DNA of 63,653 bases, the filler included, from Octopus bimaculoides (lineage: Eukaryota): assembly GCF_001194135.2 (NCBI RefSeq). It is 6 parts of 6 records of this genome, joined end to end, with 100 filler letters (N's around TTAATTAATTAA, not from the genome) between each part and the next. Parts side by side here need not be neighbours in the genome. Positions count along the whole stretch, not along the records: positions 1 to 26,718 come from NC_069004.1; 5 more parts are not named here. One strand, given 5' to 3'. The notes under the pieces are model-generated. The model ran no database searches and had not been told where the DNA came from. It worked only from the letters and a program-made list of their open reading frames with translations. Both the position numbers and the translations under genes were made by a program. Position 1 is the stretch's first letter. Each line of letters starts with the position of its first letter. Shown in pieces: positions 1 to 11,109 of this stretch.

Positions 1-42
1 AGAGAGAGAGAGAGAGATTAAAGGATGATGATGATAATATCA

Positions 43-228
43 ATGTGTGGGTGTTTGTCCTCCACCACTGCTTGACAACAGGTGTTGGTGTGTTTACATA
101 CCCATAACTTAGCAGTTCAGCAAAAGTGACCAATAGAATAAGTACTGGGGTTGATACATTCTACTAAATATTCTTCAAGGTGGTGCCCCATCATGGGTGC
201 AGTCTAATGATTGAAACAAGTAAGAAAA
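43..228 (+). mobile_element. 3' part of a tRNA-derived SINE (family A, CpG-decayed)
   Basis: Matches the tail of full-length copies at 13460-13850 and 16725-17115 (ccaccactgcttgacaac...ttcagcaaaag.gaccaatagaataagtac...gtgccccagcatgg). Confidence 0.8.
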
Positions 229-1288
229 ATGTGTGTGTGTATGAGTGTGTGTTGCTGATTGCCTAGCCTTAACTTCATGTGATAGTTGTAAACGAATATC
301 ACCATCATGCAAGTGGTGTTCTTTGTTTCCAATCTTCCATGAAAACATGTCTGGTCATGGAGAAGATTATCTTACTTGGAAACAGCTGAGAATTGGCAAC
401 AGGAAGGGTATGCTGCAACAAACCTCTGAGCTATGCAAGCATGGAAAAGGCATTCAATAATCATGATGAGATGATGACAATCTTAAAAGTAACCAATCCA
501 AATAATTTCTAACTTTCAATATAAAGACACAAATTTCAAGGCAAAGGGAATCACTGACTGACTAAAGCCTAGGACACTACAAATGTCTATGACGGGGAGC
601 AGTTCTTATGTAGCTGCTGGACCTGCTAGGAACAGCAGTTAAATCTAGCTTAGATGAAACCCTGTAGTCATTAAACAAACAAGGACACACTGGATATTGT
701 CGTATGCCTTTTATCAAAGATCAGCTCACTGGGGTAAAACAGAGGCAACAACAACTAATACTTATTTCATTGTCCCCAGAAGGACAATGAAATAAGTACT
801 GTCATTGCATTAATAACATGTTAAGGGAGACAACTAAGCATCTCTGGCCATCGATCCTCTATTGGTTCAATTTGCCACAAGTGTGAATAATTAAGATTTA
901 GATATTCACAAGGCCACAAATTTGGGGAAAAGAAGTGTAATAATTGTTTTAATTGATGTCAGTATTCAACGGATATTTTATTTTATCAAAAGTAAAAAGC
1001 AAATTTAATCTCAGCGGGATTTGAATTTCGGGCTAATGCAGATCTGCATTAGACGAGGTGTTTTATTTAACGAACCAAGAGAGAGAGGGGGGAGAGAAAG
1101 AGAGAGGAGTTGCTTTAATCAACGCCAGTATCTTACTGCTACTTTATCTTATCAAACCCAGAAGAGGGAAAGGCAGTTATATACTGGAAACGGATTCGGT
1201 CAACTCCTTTCTCTCTGTCTCTTCCCCATCTCTATCCGTTCCTCTCTAATTTTTTTTTCTTTTTACCTCCCTTAACATTTAGAGTTAC

Positions 1289-1506
1289 CTCCCTTCGGGC
1301 CAACACTCATTCAGTTGACATCTGATCGGAAGCGTTTCAGCCTTGATGATTCCCTCGCGTCGTTTGCCTAAGATTGCGTTGTCTAAGATTGGGTGTGATT
1401 TGAGGAAGATTTGACAGTTGTTTCTAAAAGGTGGGCAACCACATAAAAATTCCCTCGTTAGTTCATCTTCTGTCGTAAAAAAGGCCAGAGAGAATGACGA
1501 AGACAT
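1289..1506 (-). CDS. Probable first coding exon of an unidentified gene (MSSSFSLAFFTTEDELTREFLCGCPPFRNNCQIFLKSHPILDNAILGKRREGIIKAETLPIRCQLNECWPEG)
   Basis: aaaATG in good context, 72 codons + 2 nt open, protein-like composition, donor GAG|GTAACT; the gene would continue left of the window. Confidence 0.55.
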
Positions 1507-1849
1507 TTTAAGAATTCTAGAAGTGTGCAACTGTTCGAACTATTCTAAGAAAACTATACAACAGCAGTCATGGTTTTGTAAGACTAAGTAAAAGTAAATA
1601 AAGCGCTTCAGCTTCTAAATCACCCGTAGTAATGCGAGGGGTCACTCGTTTCCCTGGTATGACGTTACAACCGAAGGAGTGTGCATGCATCTATTTTGAT
1701 TATTTATTTACTGATTTTTTTTTTTCCTTCTTTAGGAAAATAGGTATTCACAAAAACGTGTTATTTAGCATTGACTTTCCAGAAGCATTAGTTCCAAAGA
1801 TTTTTCCGAACCAGGGATGGTTACCTTAGTCGACACACTCTAAACAAAA

Positions 1850-2040
1850 ATTGCTTTCAAATTTTGGCACAAGGCCAGCAATTTCAAGGAGCGGGGTACG
1901 TCATCGACCCCAGTGCTCAATTGGTATTTATTTTATCGACCTGGAAAGGATGAAAAGCAAAGCTGACCTCAGCGGAATTTGAAATCAGAACTTTAAGATG
2001 GACAAAATGTTGCTAAATAGATTCTGCCAGCACACTGCCT
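1850..2040 (-). mobile_element. SINE family B copy
   Basis: ttttggcacaaggccagcaatttc...gaaaggatgaaaagcaaagctgacctcagcggaatttgaa, shared with many copies (34258, 41470, 43971). Confidence 0.8.
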
Positions 2041-2872
2041 TACTTAAATATTAAATTTACTTGGCAGGAATACTGCTAAGCATTTTGTCTGACATGCAAA
2101 CAATTTAGTCAGTACGTGACTGAACAAAAATACCCACCACCACCACCACCACTTCCCGCGGGATTTCAACTACTCCATAAAGAAAAAAATAACGGAGAAA
2201 TAAACAGTTTATATGAAAATATGTAAGTTTGTGTATTATTGTTATAATTATAATGATATGAACTACTGCATTAATCCTCCCTTCTGAACACATCTAATAC
2301 GTATGTATCTGTGAGTATGCTTGTAAGGAAATATATATGTATATATATGTATGTATGTGTATGTATATATATGTGTGCTCCTCATGTAGACACAGTTTTA
2401 TTCTTACATAGCTAAAATAATTTTAAGATATATTGATTCTATAAATTACAATATTACTCCTCTTATAACTTTCTCATTCCTCTGTTTATATTTTATCTAA
2501 TATGAATAATATAATGCATCTGATAATAATAATAATAACTGATTCATTTGTATGCATATATATGCATTTATGTATGTACATTTAAGTGTAGGTATATGTA
2601 TTTATGTATATGTATTTATATGTAAAAGTATGGATATGTGTGTGTATTTATATTTATAACTTAACCTTATGTACTTTCTAAAATCTCTGACTAAGCCTAG
2701 AGAAACATACAAGTACCTCAATTTCATCTATTAATTACTTCAGTCCACTGGAGGGATAAAGGTAAAATGAGGTATTTTTGCCTCTTGGCTGAAACAGCTG
2801 TAAGATATTATCCCAATTTCTATTGCTATATGTTATATATTTTAATAATTACAGATATTTTATATCTTTTAT

Positions 2873-3754
2873 ATGTATGGTCATGTGGCGAGAATGGATG
2901 AGGATAGCTATGTGAAAAAGTGCCACACCCTAGCGGTTGAGGGAACCTGTGGAAGAGGTAGACCCAGGAAGACCTGGGATGAGGTGGTGAAGCATGACCT
3001 TCGAACATTAGGCTTCACTGAGGAAATGACTTGTGACCAAGACCTTTGGAAATATACAGTGCGTGAGAAGACCCGGAAAGCCAAGTGAGACCATAATCCG
3101 AGGCCTCTGCCAGGGATGTAGCCAGCCCACTTATGCGTACCTTTCCTTCATTGGACACTAAACTCTGCTTGTGAAGACCTGTTGAGGCAAGTGAAATTGA
3201 AGTCAAACCAAATTCGACGACTGGCACCCATGCCAACCTCTCCTTCATTGGACACTAAACTCGGCTTGCGAAGACCTGTTGGGGCAAGTGAAATCGAAAT
3301 CGTGATTGAACCAAATTCGATGACTGGCACCTGTGCCAGTGGGGCACTAAGAGCACCATCTGAGTGTGATCTTTGCCAGAGCAGCTTCCATGCCAGTGGC
3401 ACATAAATAGCACCATTTGAGCGTGATCATTACCAGTGTCACCTTACTGGCACTTGTGCCGGTGGGACGTGAAAAAACATTCGAGCGAGGTCATTGCCAG
3501 TGCTGCTGGACTGGCTCCTGTGCAGGTGGCACATAAAAAACACAATTTTGAGCATGGCCCTTGTGCCGGTGGCACGTAAAAGCACCCACTACACTCTCAG
3601 AGTGGTTGGCGTTAGGAAGGGCATCCAGCTGTAGAAACTCTGCCAGATCAGATTGGAACCTGGTGCAGCCATCTGGTTCGCCAGTCCTCAGTCAAATCGT
3701 CCAACCCATGCTAGCATGGAAGGTGGACGTTAAACGATGATGATGATGATGATG
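2873..3754 (+). mobile_element. 5'-truncated RTE-clade LINE: RT C-terminus, long 3' UTR and (GAT)n tail
   Basis: YGHVARMDEDSYVKKC...GRGRPRKTWDEVVKHDL is the typical RTE ORF end; the UTR ends ccaacccatgctagcatgga...gttaaacgatgatgat. Confidence 0.85.
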
Positions 3755-3898
3755 TAAAGCATAACATGTCATACATGTATGTATATTGTTATAATTGTCC
3801 TTTTAGTAAATAAATTGACATAATATAATGTCTATAAGTTGATGAATACCACCTATTGATTCCCTCCATTTTCTTATTGCTCGCTCGCTCTCTCTCTC

Positions 3899-3940
<42 letters not shown>

Positions 3941-4324
3941 NNNNNNNNNNNNNNNNNNNNNNNNNNNNNNNNNNNNNNNNNNNNNNNNNNNNNNNNNNNN
4001 NNNNNNNNNNNNNNNNNNNNNNNNNNNNNNNNNNNNNNNNNNNNNNNNNNNNNNNNNNNNNNNNNNNNNNNNNNNNNNNNNNNNNNNNNNNNNNNNNNNN
4101 NNNNNNNNNNNNNNNNNNNNNNNNNNNNNNNNNNNNNNNNNNNNNNNNNNNNNNNNNNNNNNNNNNNNNNNNNNNNNNNNNNNNNNNNNNNNNNNNNNNN
4201 NNNNNNNNNNNNNNNNNNNNNNACTAGGCTTACAAAGAATAAGTCTTGGGGGTCGATTTGCTCGACTAAAGGCAGTGCTCCAGCATGGCCACAGTCAAAT
4301 GACTGAAACAAGTAAAAGAGTAGG

Positions 4325-4660
4325 ACTGGTGTAGCCATCTGGTTCGCCAGTCCTCAGTCAAATCGTCCAATCCATGCTAGCATGGACCGCGGACATTAAA
4401 CAATGATGATGATGATGATGATGATATATATATATATATATATATCCATCAACATCATTTAATGTCTGTTTTCCATGATGGTATGTGATGGACAGTTTGA
4501 CTGGAGCTGGTTAGGCTAGGGACTGCACCTGGTTCCATTGTCTGCTCTGGCATGGTTTTGACAGCTGGATGCCCTTCCTAATGCCAACCACTCTATAGAG
4601 TGTACTGGTGTTTATAACATGGCACCAATACAAGTACTTTTAATGTGACACCAGGAACCA
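4325..4660. mobile_element. Two RTE-type 3' tails, tail-to-tail (+ 4325-4425, - 4445-4660)
   Basis: Homology to the 3' UTR end at 3640-3754; (GAT)n and (CAT)n tails. Confidence 0.7.
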
Positions 4661-5263
4661 GTATCAATTCTGCTGTGACAGACAGATGACCTGATATGTT
4701 TATTTTCCCTATTATTCAGCTCTATATAATATACAATTAATATACAATGCATATTAATATAAAATATATGTATATATTTTGTGATCTTCTACCATATGGA
4801 GAAGATTATAAAATAGCTGCAATCATTAGGAAATACTAAATGCATATTCACTCTTCATATCTCATGATTTTATATTTTATATATATATATATTTTATCTT
4901 TTACTTTTTTCAGTCATTACACTGTGGCTATGCTGGGGCACCACTTCGTATTTTTAGTTGAATGAATGAACTGACCCCAGCACTTCTTTTTTAAGGCTGG
5001 TACTTATTCTATTTTGCCAAACTACTAAGTTACGGGGATGCAAACACACCAACACCAGTTGTCAAGCAGTGGTGAGGGACAAATACAGACACAAAGACTC
5101 GCACACATAGATGAAGTACTGAAGAACAACCTCAGGATGCTGAACCTTTCAGATGACAAAGGAGTGAGATGCTTGGTGCCTTGCTGTAGTCAAGAAGACC
5201 TGTACTCCACAGCAGAAGGAGTAAGATTGGTCCCTCTGGGTCTGGGGGTGTAAAGTACTTGTA

Positions 5264-5575
5264 GTGGTGCCACATAAAAGTGCCCATGCAATGCTACATA
5301 AAAGCACTTGTGCAGTGTCACATAAAAGCCCCCATGCAGTGCCACATAAAAGCACCCATGTGGTGCCACGTAAAAGTGCCTATTCAGTGCCACATAAAAG
5401 CACTTTTGTGGTGCCATGTAAAAGCATCCAGCACACTCTGTAAAGTGGGTGGCATTAGGAAGGGCATCCAGCTGCCAAAACAAGAAGTGGTGTCTGGTGC
5501 AGCTCTCCTGCTTGCCAGTTCTGGTCAAACCATCCAATCCATGCCAGCATGGACAACAGATGTTAAAGGATGATG
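5264..5575 (+). mobile_element. RTE-type 3' tail carrying a 7 x 24-bp tandem array
   Basis: Units of g(t/c)(g/a)gtgccacataaaagcaccca-like sequence followed by the standard tail gtaaagtgg.tggcattaggaagggcatccagctg...catgccagcatgga. Confidence 0.75.
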
Positions 5576-5629
5576 TATACACACACACACACACACAAAT
5601 TTGTGTGCATATATACCAGTAAATATATA

Positions 5630-6125
5630 TATTCTTTTACATGTTTCGGTCATCAGACTGTGGCCAAGCTGGAGCACTGCCTTGAAGAATTTTAGTTGAA
5701 CAAATTGACTCCAGTACTTATTTCTTTTTTAAAGACTGATACTTATTCTATTGGTCTCTTTTGCTGAATCCTGAAAGGATGAAAAGCAAAGCCAACCTCA
5801 GTGGCATTTGAATTCAGAACATAAAGACGTATGAAGAGTTGCTAAGCATTTCACCCGGCATGCTAACAATTATACCAGCTTATCACCTTACAATGGAGAA
5901 GCATTGGTTTCAAATTTTGGCCCGAGCCCAGCAATTTCAGAGGGGGGGGGGTTAAGTCAATCACATCAACCCCAATTCACAACTTGTACCTATTTTATCA
6001 ACCCTGAAAGGATGAAAGGTAAAGTTAACCTCATTGGAATTTGAACTCAGAATGAAAGACAGACAAAATGTCACAAAGCAATTTGCCCAGTGTGCTAACG
6101 AGTCTGCCAGCTCACCACCTTGCAA
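5630..6125 (-). mobile_element. Cluster of decayed SINE copies (families A and B)
   Basis: Repeated gaaaggatgaaa.gcaaag...gaatttgaactcagaa...ctgccagctcacc motifs. Confidence 0.7.
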
Positions 6126-7628
6126 TGGAGAAATATTAGCAACAATTTAGTCCTGAATATAGAAAATGATGGGGTGGTCATAATTGGAACACCTTTGATT
6201 TTAGGTCAGCTCAATCAGTGCTGACCTGGAGATAAATAACAGCAACAACATTCTTCAGCATCATGCTAGTACAACAACAAAGTATAAATTATAATTATGA
6301 TATACCATCTGAGAAATTTAGATGTAAGAAAAATAAACAAACAAGAAAATAAAGCAAAACAAAAATGAAGCAAAACCTAAACAAAAACAAAAAACTCAAA
6401 CTTCTCCTTCCTTTGTCAAAACAATATAAGTAATAAGCTGTTTTAGTAGTAACAGAAGCAGATGAAGATGATAATGCAGAAGATCATAACGACGTGGAAG
6501 ATGATAAGGAAATGAAAGAAATTGATATTACAAACCTATATGTTTAATCCTTCAATCCTATAATACAAGTATGGGTATGGTTACTGATTAATGATTTTGA
6601 AGGGTTTCCTTACAGCAAATATCCTCCACGGTCCACTTGCAACCTGTGTTACATAAGGGCCTTTTGTAGCCTGTATTTAATGGGGTTTCTTACAGCCTGT
6701 ATTTTAAAGGGTCTGCTGATAGAATATGTATTTTAAATTGCCATCTCGTACCTTGTGTGTGTTTGTTATCCAGGGGTACCTTTACAGCCAGTGTTATTGG
6801 TATTCTTACAGCCTACATTTTAATCTGTTTTTTTTTTCTTCAGCTTCATAAATATTTGAATCTCTTAGATCTCTTTCTCCCTCTCTTTCCTTTTTCCCTT
6901 TCTGTCTCAGTTAAACATACTCTTTACCTTATCTCTCTCTTCCTTTCTCATTTCACACTCATTTACCATTTCCCTTTCTCTCATTCTCAGTTCCAGTAGA
7001 AGTTCTACAAATTTCCGGTGAAATTTCATCTGTAATTTGTGTTGAAAGGAAGAAATGAACCAAACTATAAATATTTAACTAATTATTTGCCCAAACTGTT
7101 GGAAGATGTCTGGGTTGTGTGTTGGTCAACTGTTTTACCACCATCCTTTGTACTTTGGAGCAAAAATATCTCATTTTCCTAATTTCCCTCCATTTACAAT
7201 GGAAATACAACACGCAATTACACACAGAATAATTATGTGTACATACACACGTCAATTTATATAAACATACTCTTACACACCAAATACACACACACACACA
7301 CAGCAATTAATGTAACTATATGACCATACACAGCAATTATATACTCAACTATACACTTAAATACACACACACAGCAATTACACGTGTATGCCTACATATA
7401 TATATATACTTACCAAAATAGTGAAGTATATACTAATACATATTACATACAAATATATACACATAAGCACTTCCTCTAACACACTCACATATACACAAGC
7501 ACAACCATAATCCCACACCTACAAAAGCACTTCCTTTTCTACACTCCTACACATACACAAACACACAGTACAAATATTTCCTTTAAGGAAATATATACAT
7601 TTCCAAATAACTGATATGACCCAAATAA

Positions 7629-7669
<41 letters not shown>

Positions 7670-7920
7670 NNNNNNNNNNNNNNNNNNNNNNNNNNNNNNN
7701 NNNNNNNNNNNNNNNNNNNNNNNNNNNNNNNNNNNNNNNNNNNNNNNNNNNNNNNNNNNNNNNNNNNNNNNNNNNNNNNNNNNNNNNNNNNNNNNNNNNN
7801 NNNNNNNNNNNNNNNNNNNNNNNNNNNNNNNNNNNNNNNNNNNNNNNNNNNNNNNNNNNNNNNNNNNNNNNNNNNNNNNNNNNNNNNNNNNNNNNNNNNN
7901 NNNNNNNNNNNNNNNNNNNA

Positions 7921-9250
7921 TCTTTTGCTGTGATAAACTGTCCAAATGCTTCAATTATCTCTTCTCTATTTAAGAATGTTTTGTTGCTTGTGAAAAGCTC
8001 AAAATGCTTAAGTAAATGAAAAGCTCAAAATGCTTAAATAAGTGAAAAGCTCAAAATGCTTAAATAAGTGAAAAACTCAAAATGCTTAAATAAGTGAGGA
8101 TCAGTAGGAGAGATATCAAGGGAATAGGAAGGATGTTGCAAAATCTCATAATTTGGGCTTTGCAACTTTTGGACCATAGCTTGAGGATTGTGAGGACGTG
8201 CATTGTTGTGGAGCAAAATTGGGCCATCTCTATTCACTAGTCTGGGTTGCTTCTTTTTCAAATTCTCATACATACAATCAGTTTCCTGGCAATACCATGT
8301 TGCTGTTACCGTTTTTCATTGTTGCATTAACCAGTCCACTTGCTACACTTGTGCATGTGCACACCCATATGCACATACACACACATATACCTACATCTAT
8401 AATCCATGTGTTCTGAGCTTGACGATTGCTTAGAGACACAAGGTGTGTTAAAAAAATCTTCTTAGACATATGCCACCAAAGCCAGAAACTATTAGTACCT
8501 CAAATCTTTTATACTCACAGACCACCATACAGTAACCACTAAAGTTTTAAGGTGCAATGGTAGGTTTGGGTAGTGTTTATGTGACTCTCCTGCATCTAAT
8601 AACTGTCCTGTTCTCCTGCTGTTGTCAAAGAGTATCCATTTCTCATCACAAGTAATGATTTGATGCAAAAATGGTCTTTTTCCAGTCGAGAAAGCAATAA
8701 GGAATACATTTCGAGGCTTCTGTTTTTTTGTAATCTCATTCAGTTGATGTGGAATAAACCTATCCATTTTCTTGACTTTTCCAATTTTTTACAGGTGTCC
8801 AAAAACAGTTGTGTGAGATGTTTGGAGTTCTGATCAAAGTTTTCGAACCTTTCTTCTCAGATTTTGTTCAACCAAAGCATTTAATCCATCATACCAAATA
8901 ACTGATTTTGGCCTGCCCCTTGGTTTATTTTCAAGGCTATCATCTCCTAAACAAGAGCTTTAGAACCATCTCTGAACAGTTCTGATGTCAACAAAATCAT
9001 TACCAAAGGACCACTTGATATTCCGTAGGGCTTTTGCGGCAGAGTGACCCAGTTTGTACTCATACGAGAAAATGACTCAGCATAGTTTGGTTATCATTTT
9101 CATAAAGTCTGTGGGTATAAATTTTGTATAACAACATTGTTGGGAAAGAAAAAGAGTGAAGATTAAATGTAAGGTGTACACAATTGAGTTGTTAAATGAC
9201 TGAAATGACAAGTAATTAAAAATGCGACATTTTATGTGAAACAACCTAAT
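7921..9250 (-). mobile_element. Decayed mariner transposon (transposase pseudogene)
   Basis: Fragments IITCDEKWILFDN, TVWWS, LLHNNARPH and HPSYSLDISPTDPHLFKH match mariner DD34D motifs; TIR-like end attaggttgtttcac at 9250 next to (TA)n; other end not seen (gap). Confidence 0.85.
7991..8094. repeat. 4 x 26-bp tandem repeat inside the transposase
   Basis: tgaaaagctcaaaatgcttaa(a/g)taa(g/a) repeated four times. Confidence 0.9.
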
Positions 9251-9520
9251 GTATATATACATATATGTATATATACAAATATATATATANNNNNNNNNNN
9301 NNNNNNNNNNNNNNNNNNNNNNNNNNNNNNNNNNNNNNNNNNNNNNNNNNNNNNNNNNNNNNNNNNNNNNNNNNNNNNNNNNNNNNNNNNNNNNNNNNNN
9401 NNNNNNNNNNNNNNNNNNNNNNNNNNNNNNNNNNNNNNNNNNGTGGTACTTAAAATGTTTGAGGCACCAGAATTTGGTAGGATAAAAACCAAAAACAAAA
9501 TCAAGAGATTTGGTGAATAA

Positions 9521-9724
9521 AATTTGAAGATAAGCAACAAAAATTCAATAGGTTATAGCAGTACGTACGTTTCGTACAAGCTCCATTTATTCATGTAGTG
9601 AGAACACCACAGAAAATAGCACAGAATATTTTCTGTGGTGTTCTCACTACATGAATAAATGAAGCTGTTACGAAACGTACGTACTGCTATAACCTATTGA
9701 ATTTTTGTTGTTTATCTTCAAATT
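9521..9724. repeat. Foldback palindrome: 98-bp arms, 8-nt loop
   Basis: 9521-9618 is the reverse complement of 9627-9724 with about 4 mismatches. Confidence 0.95.
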
Positions 9725-9769
9725 ATATATATATATATATATGTAAATATACACACACATGTAGATATA

Positions 9770-10115
9770 CATATACCTATGTGTGTGTGTAACCACATAG
9801 TTCCAGGATCAGTCCCACTGCATGTCACCTTGGGCAAGTGTTTTCTACTATAGCCTTGGACTGGCCAAAGCCTTGTGAGTGGATTTGGTAGATGGAAACA
9901 AAGAAACCTGTTGTGTATATGTATATATATATTTATGTGTCTGTGTTTGTCCTCCACACCATTGCTTGACAACTGATGTTGGTGTGTTTATGTCCTTGAA
10001 ACATAGTGGTTCAGCAAAAGAGACCAATAGAATAAGTCCTGGAGTTGATTTCTTTGACTAAAGGCAGTGCTTCAGCATGCTCGCATTCAAATGATTGAAA
10101 TGTGTAAAAATGTAA
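9770..10115 (+). mobile_element. SINE family A copy
   Basis: ggatcagtcccactgcatgtcaccttgggcaagtg...ggatttggtagatggaaac...gcagtgcttcagcatg. Confidence 0.8.
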
Positions 10116-10814
10116 AAGAGTAAAAAAGAGAAAGCGTATGTATATATCATTTAATATGCAGAGTATAAAAGATATGAGCTACTAATAGTTTCTGGCTTTG
10201 GTGGCATATGGCTAGGAAGATTTTTATAACACACCTTGTGTCTAAGCAATCTTCGAGCTCAGAACACATGCATTATAGATGTAGGTATGCGTGTGTGTAT
10301 GTGCGTGTGGGTGTGCACATGCACAAGTGTAGCAAGTAGACTGGTTAATGGTCAATGTGTTGGTCGGGTCTTGGAACAGTGCTGTTAGCCCCTAACATGT
10401 TTCATTGTGCCACTTTATCTGACCAGCCTGTAGACCGTGTTCTCAGAGCCTGAAGACTGCTTGCTGAAGACTTCTTGGAGAGACCAGGCAGGTGATAGCA
10501 AAGGCACAGCCTTCCCAGTGATTATATATATGGCATCATCATCATTTAATGTCAGTCTTCCATGCTGGCATGGGTTGGACAGTTTGACAGGAGCCAGCCA
10601 GGTAGAAGACTATATATATTCTGGGGTAGCTATTGAAAAAGAGATTACTATTCCTATCATTTTACACATAGCACCACCATATGCAATATTCTCATTGAAT
10701 CTGAGGTGTTTGTAACATCACTGGAGATAGAGGAGACAGACTGACCACTGATATTCATATTCTTCGTCTGGTTGGCAATTCCTCTACATATGACTACCAA
10801 ATATATCCACTTAC

Positions 10815-10839
10815 CCATTACAAACTCTATTTCTATGTT
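10815..10839 (-). CDS. Candidate 25-nt micro-exon (NIEIEFVM-G or HRNRVCN)
   Basis: On -: ctaaaactttcttacag|aacatagaaatagagtttgtaatgg|gtaagt, a strong acceptor and a consensus donor; no partner exon identified. Confidence 0.3.
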
Positions 10840-11109
10840 CTGTAAGAAAGTTTAGGCCAGTTCTGTCTTTTGGTGTTGAAAATATTACTCACAGCTTAAG
10901 GTCATCAACAAAAGAATGTGCATGTATGTGTGTGTGTGTATTTTTTACTGATGCAAGCAAGAAAACAAGAAAAAAACCTGATCTCTTGTGATACTTGCTC
11001 TGCACTGAGTTACACATACTCTTATGTCAATCTTGCAGCAGGAAATACAATAAAACACCAAGTAATGTTATTGTTCCCAAAATATGTGAGATACACACAC
11101 ATATATACA

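Larger units (their letters stand above)
1000..2200. promoter_or_regulatory. CpG-retaining region around a probable 5' gene end (promoter-like)
   Basis: Many intact CpGs in unique sequence (cctcgcgtcg, gatcggaagcg, cccgtagtaatgcg), unlike the CpG-poor DNA to the right; overlaps an ATG exon on -. Confidence 0.35.

Noticed and set aside
5264-5431. Possible CRISPR-like array (also the 33-bp repeat at 63233)
   Set aside because: Units are directly tandem with no unique spacers, there are no cas genes, and the context is eukaryotic.
6450-6548. Acidic short ORF VVTEADEDDNAEDHNDVEDDKEMKE
   Set aside because: Low-complexity GAT/GAA sequence with no convincing splice sites or partner exon.
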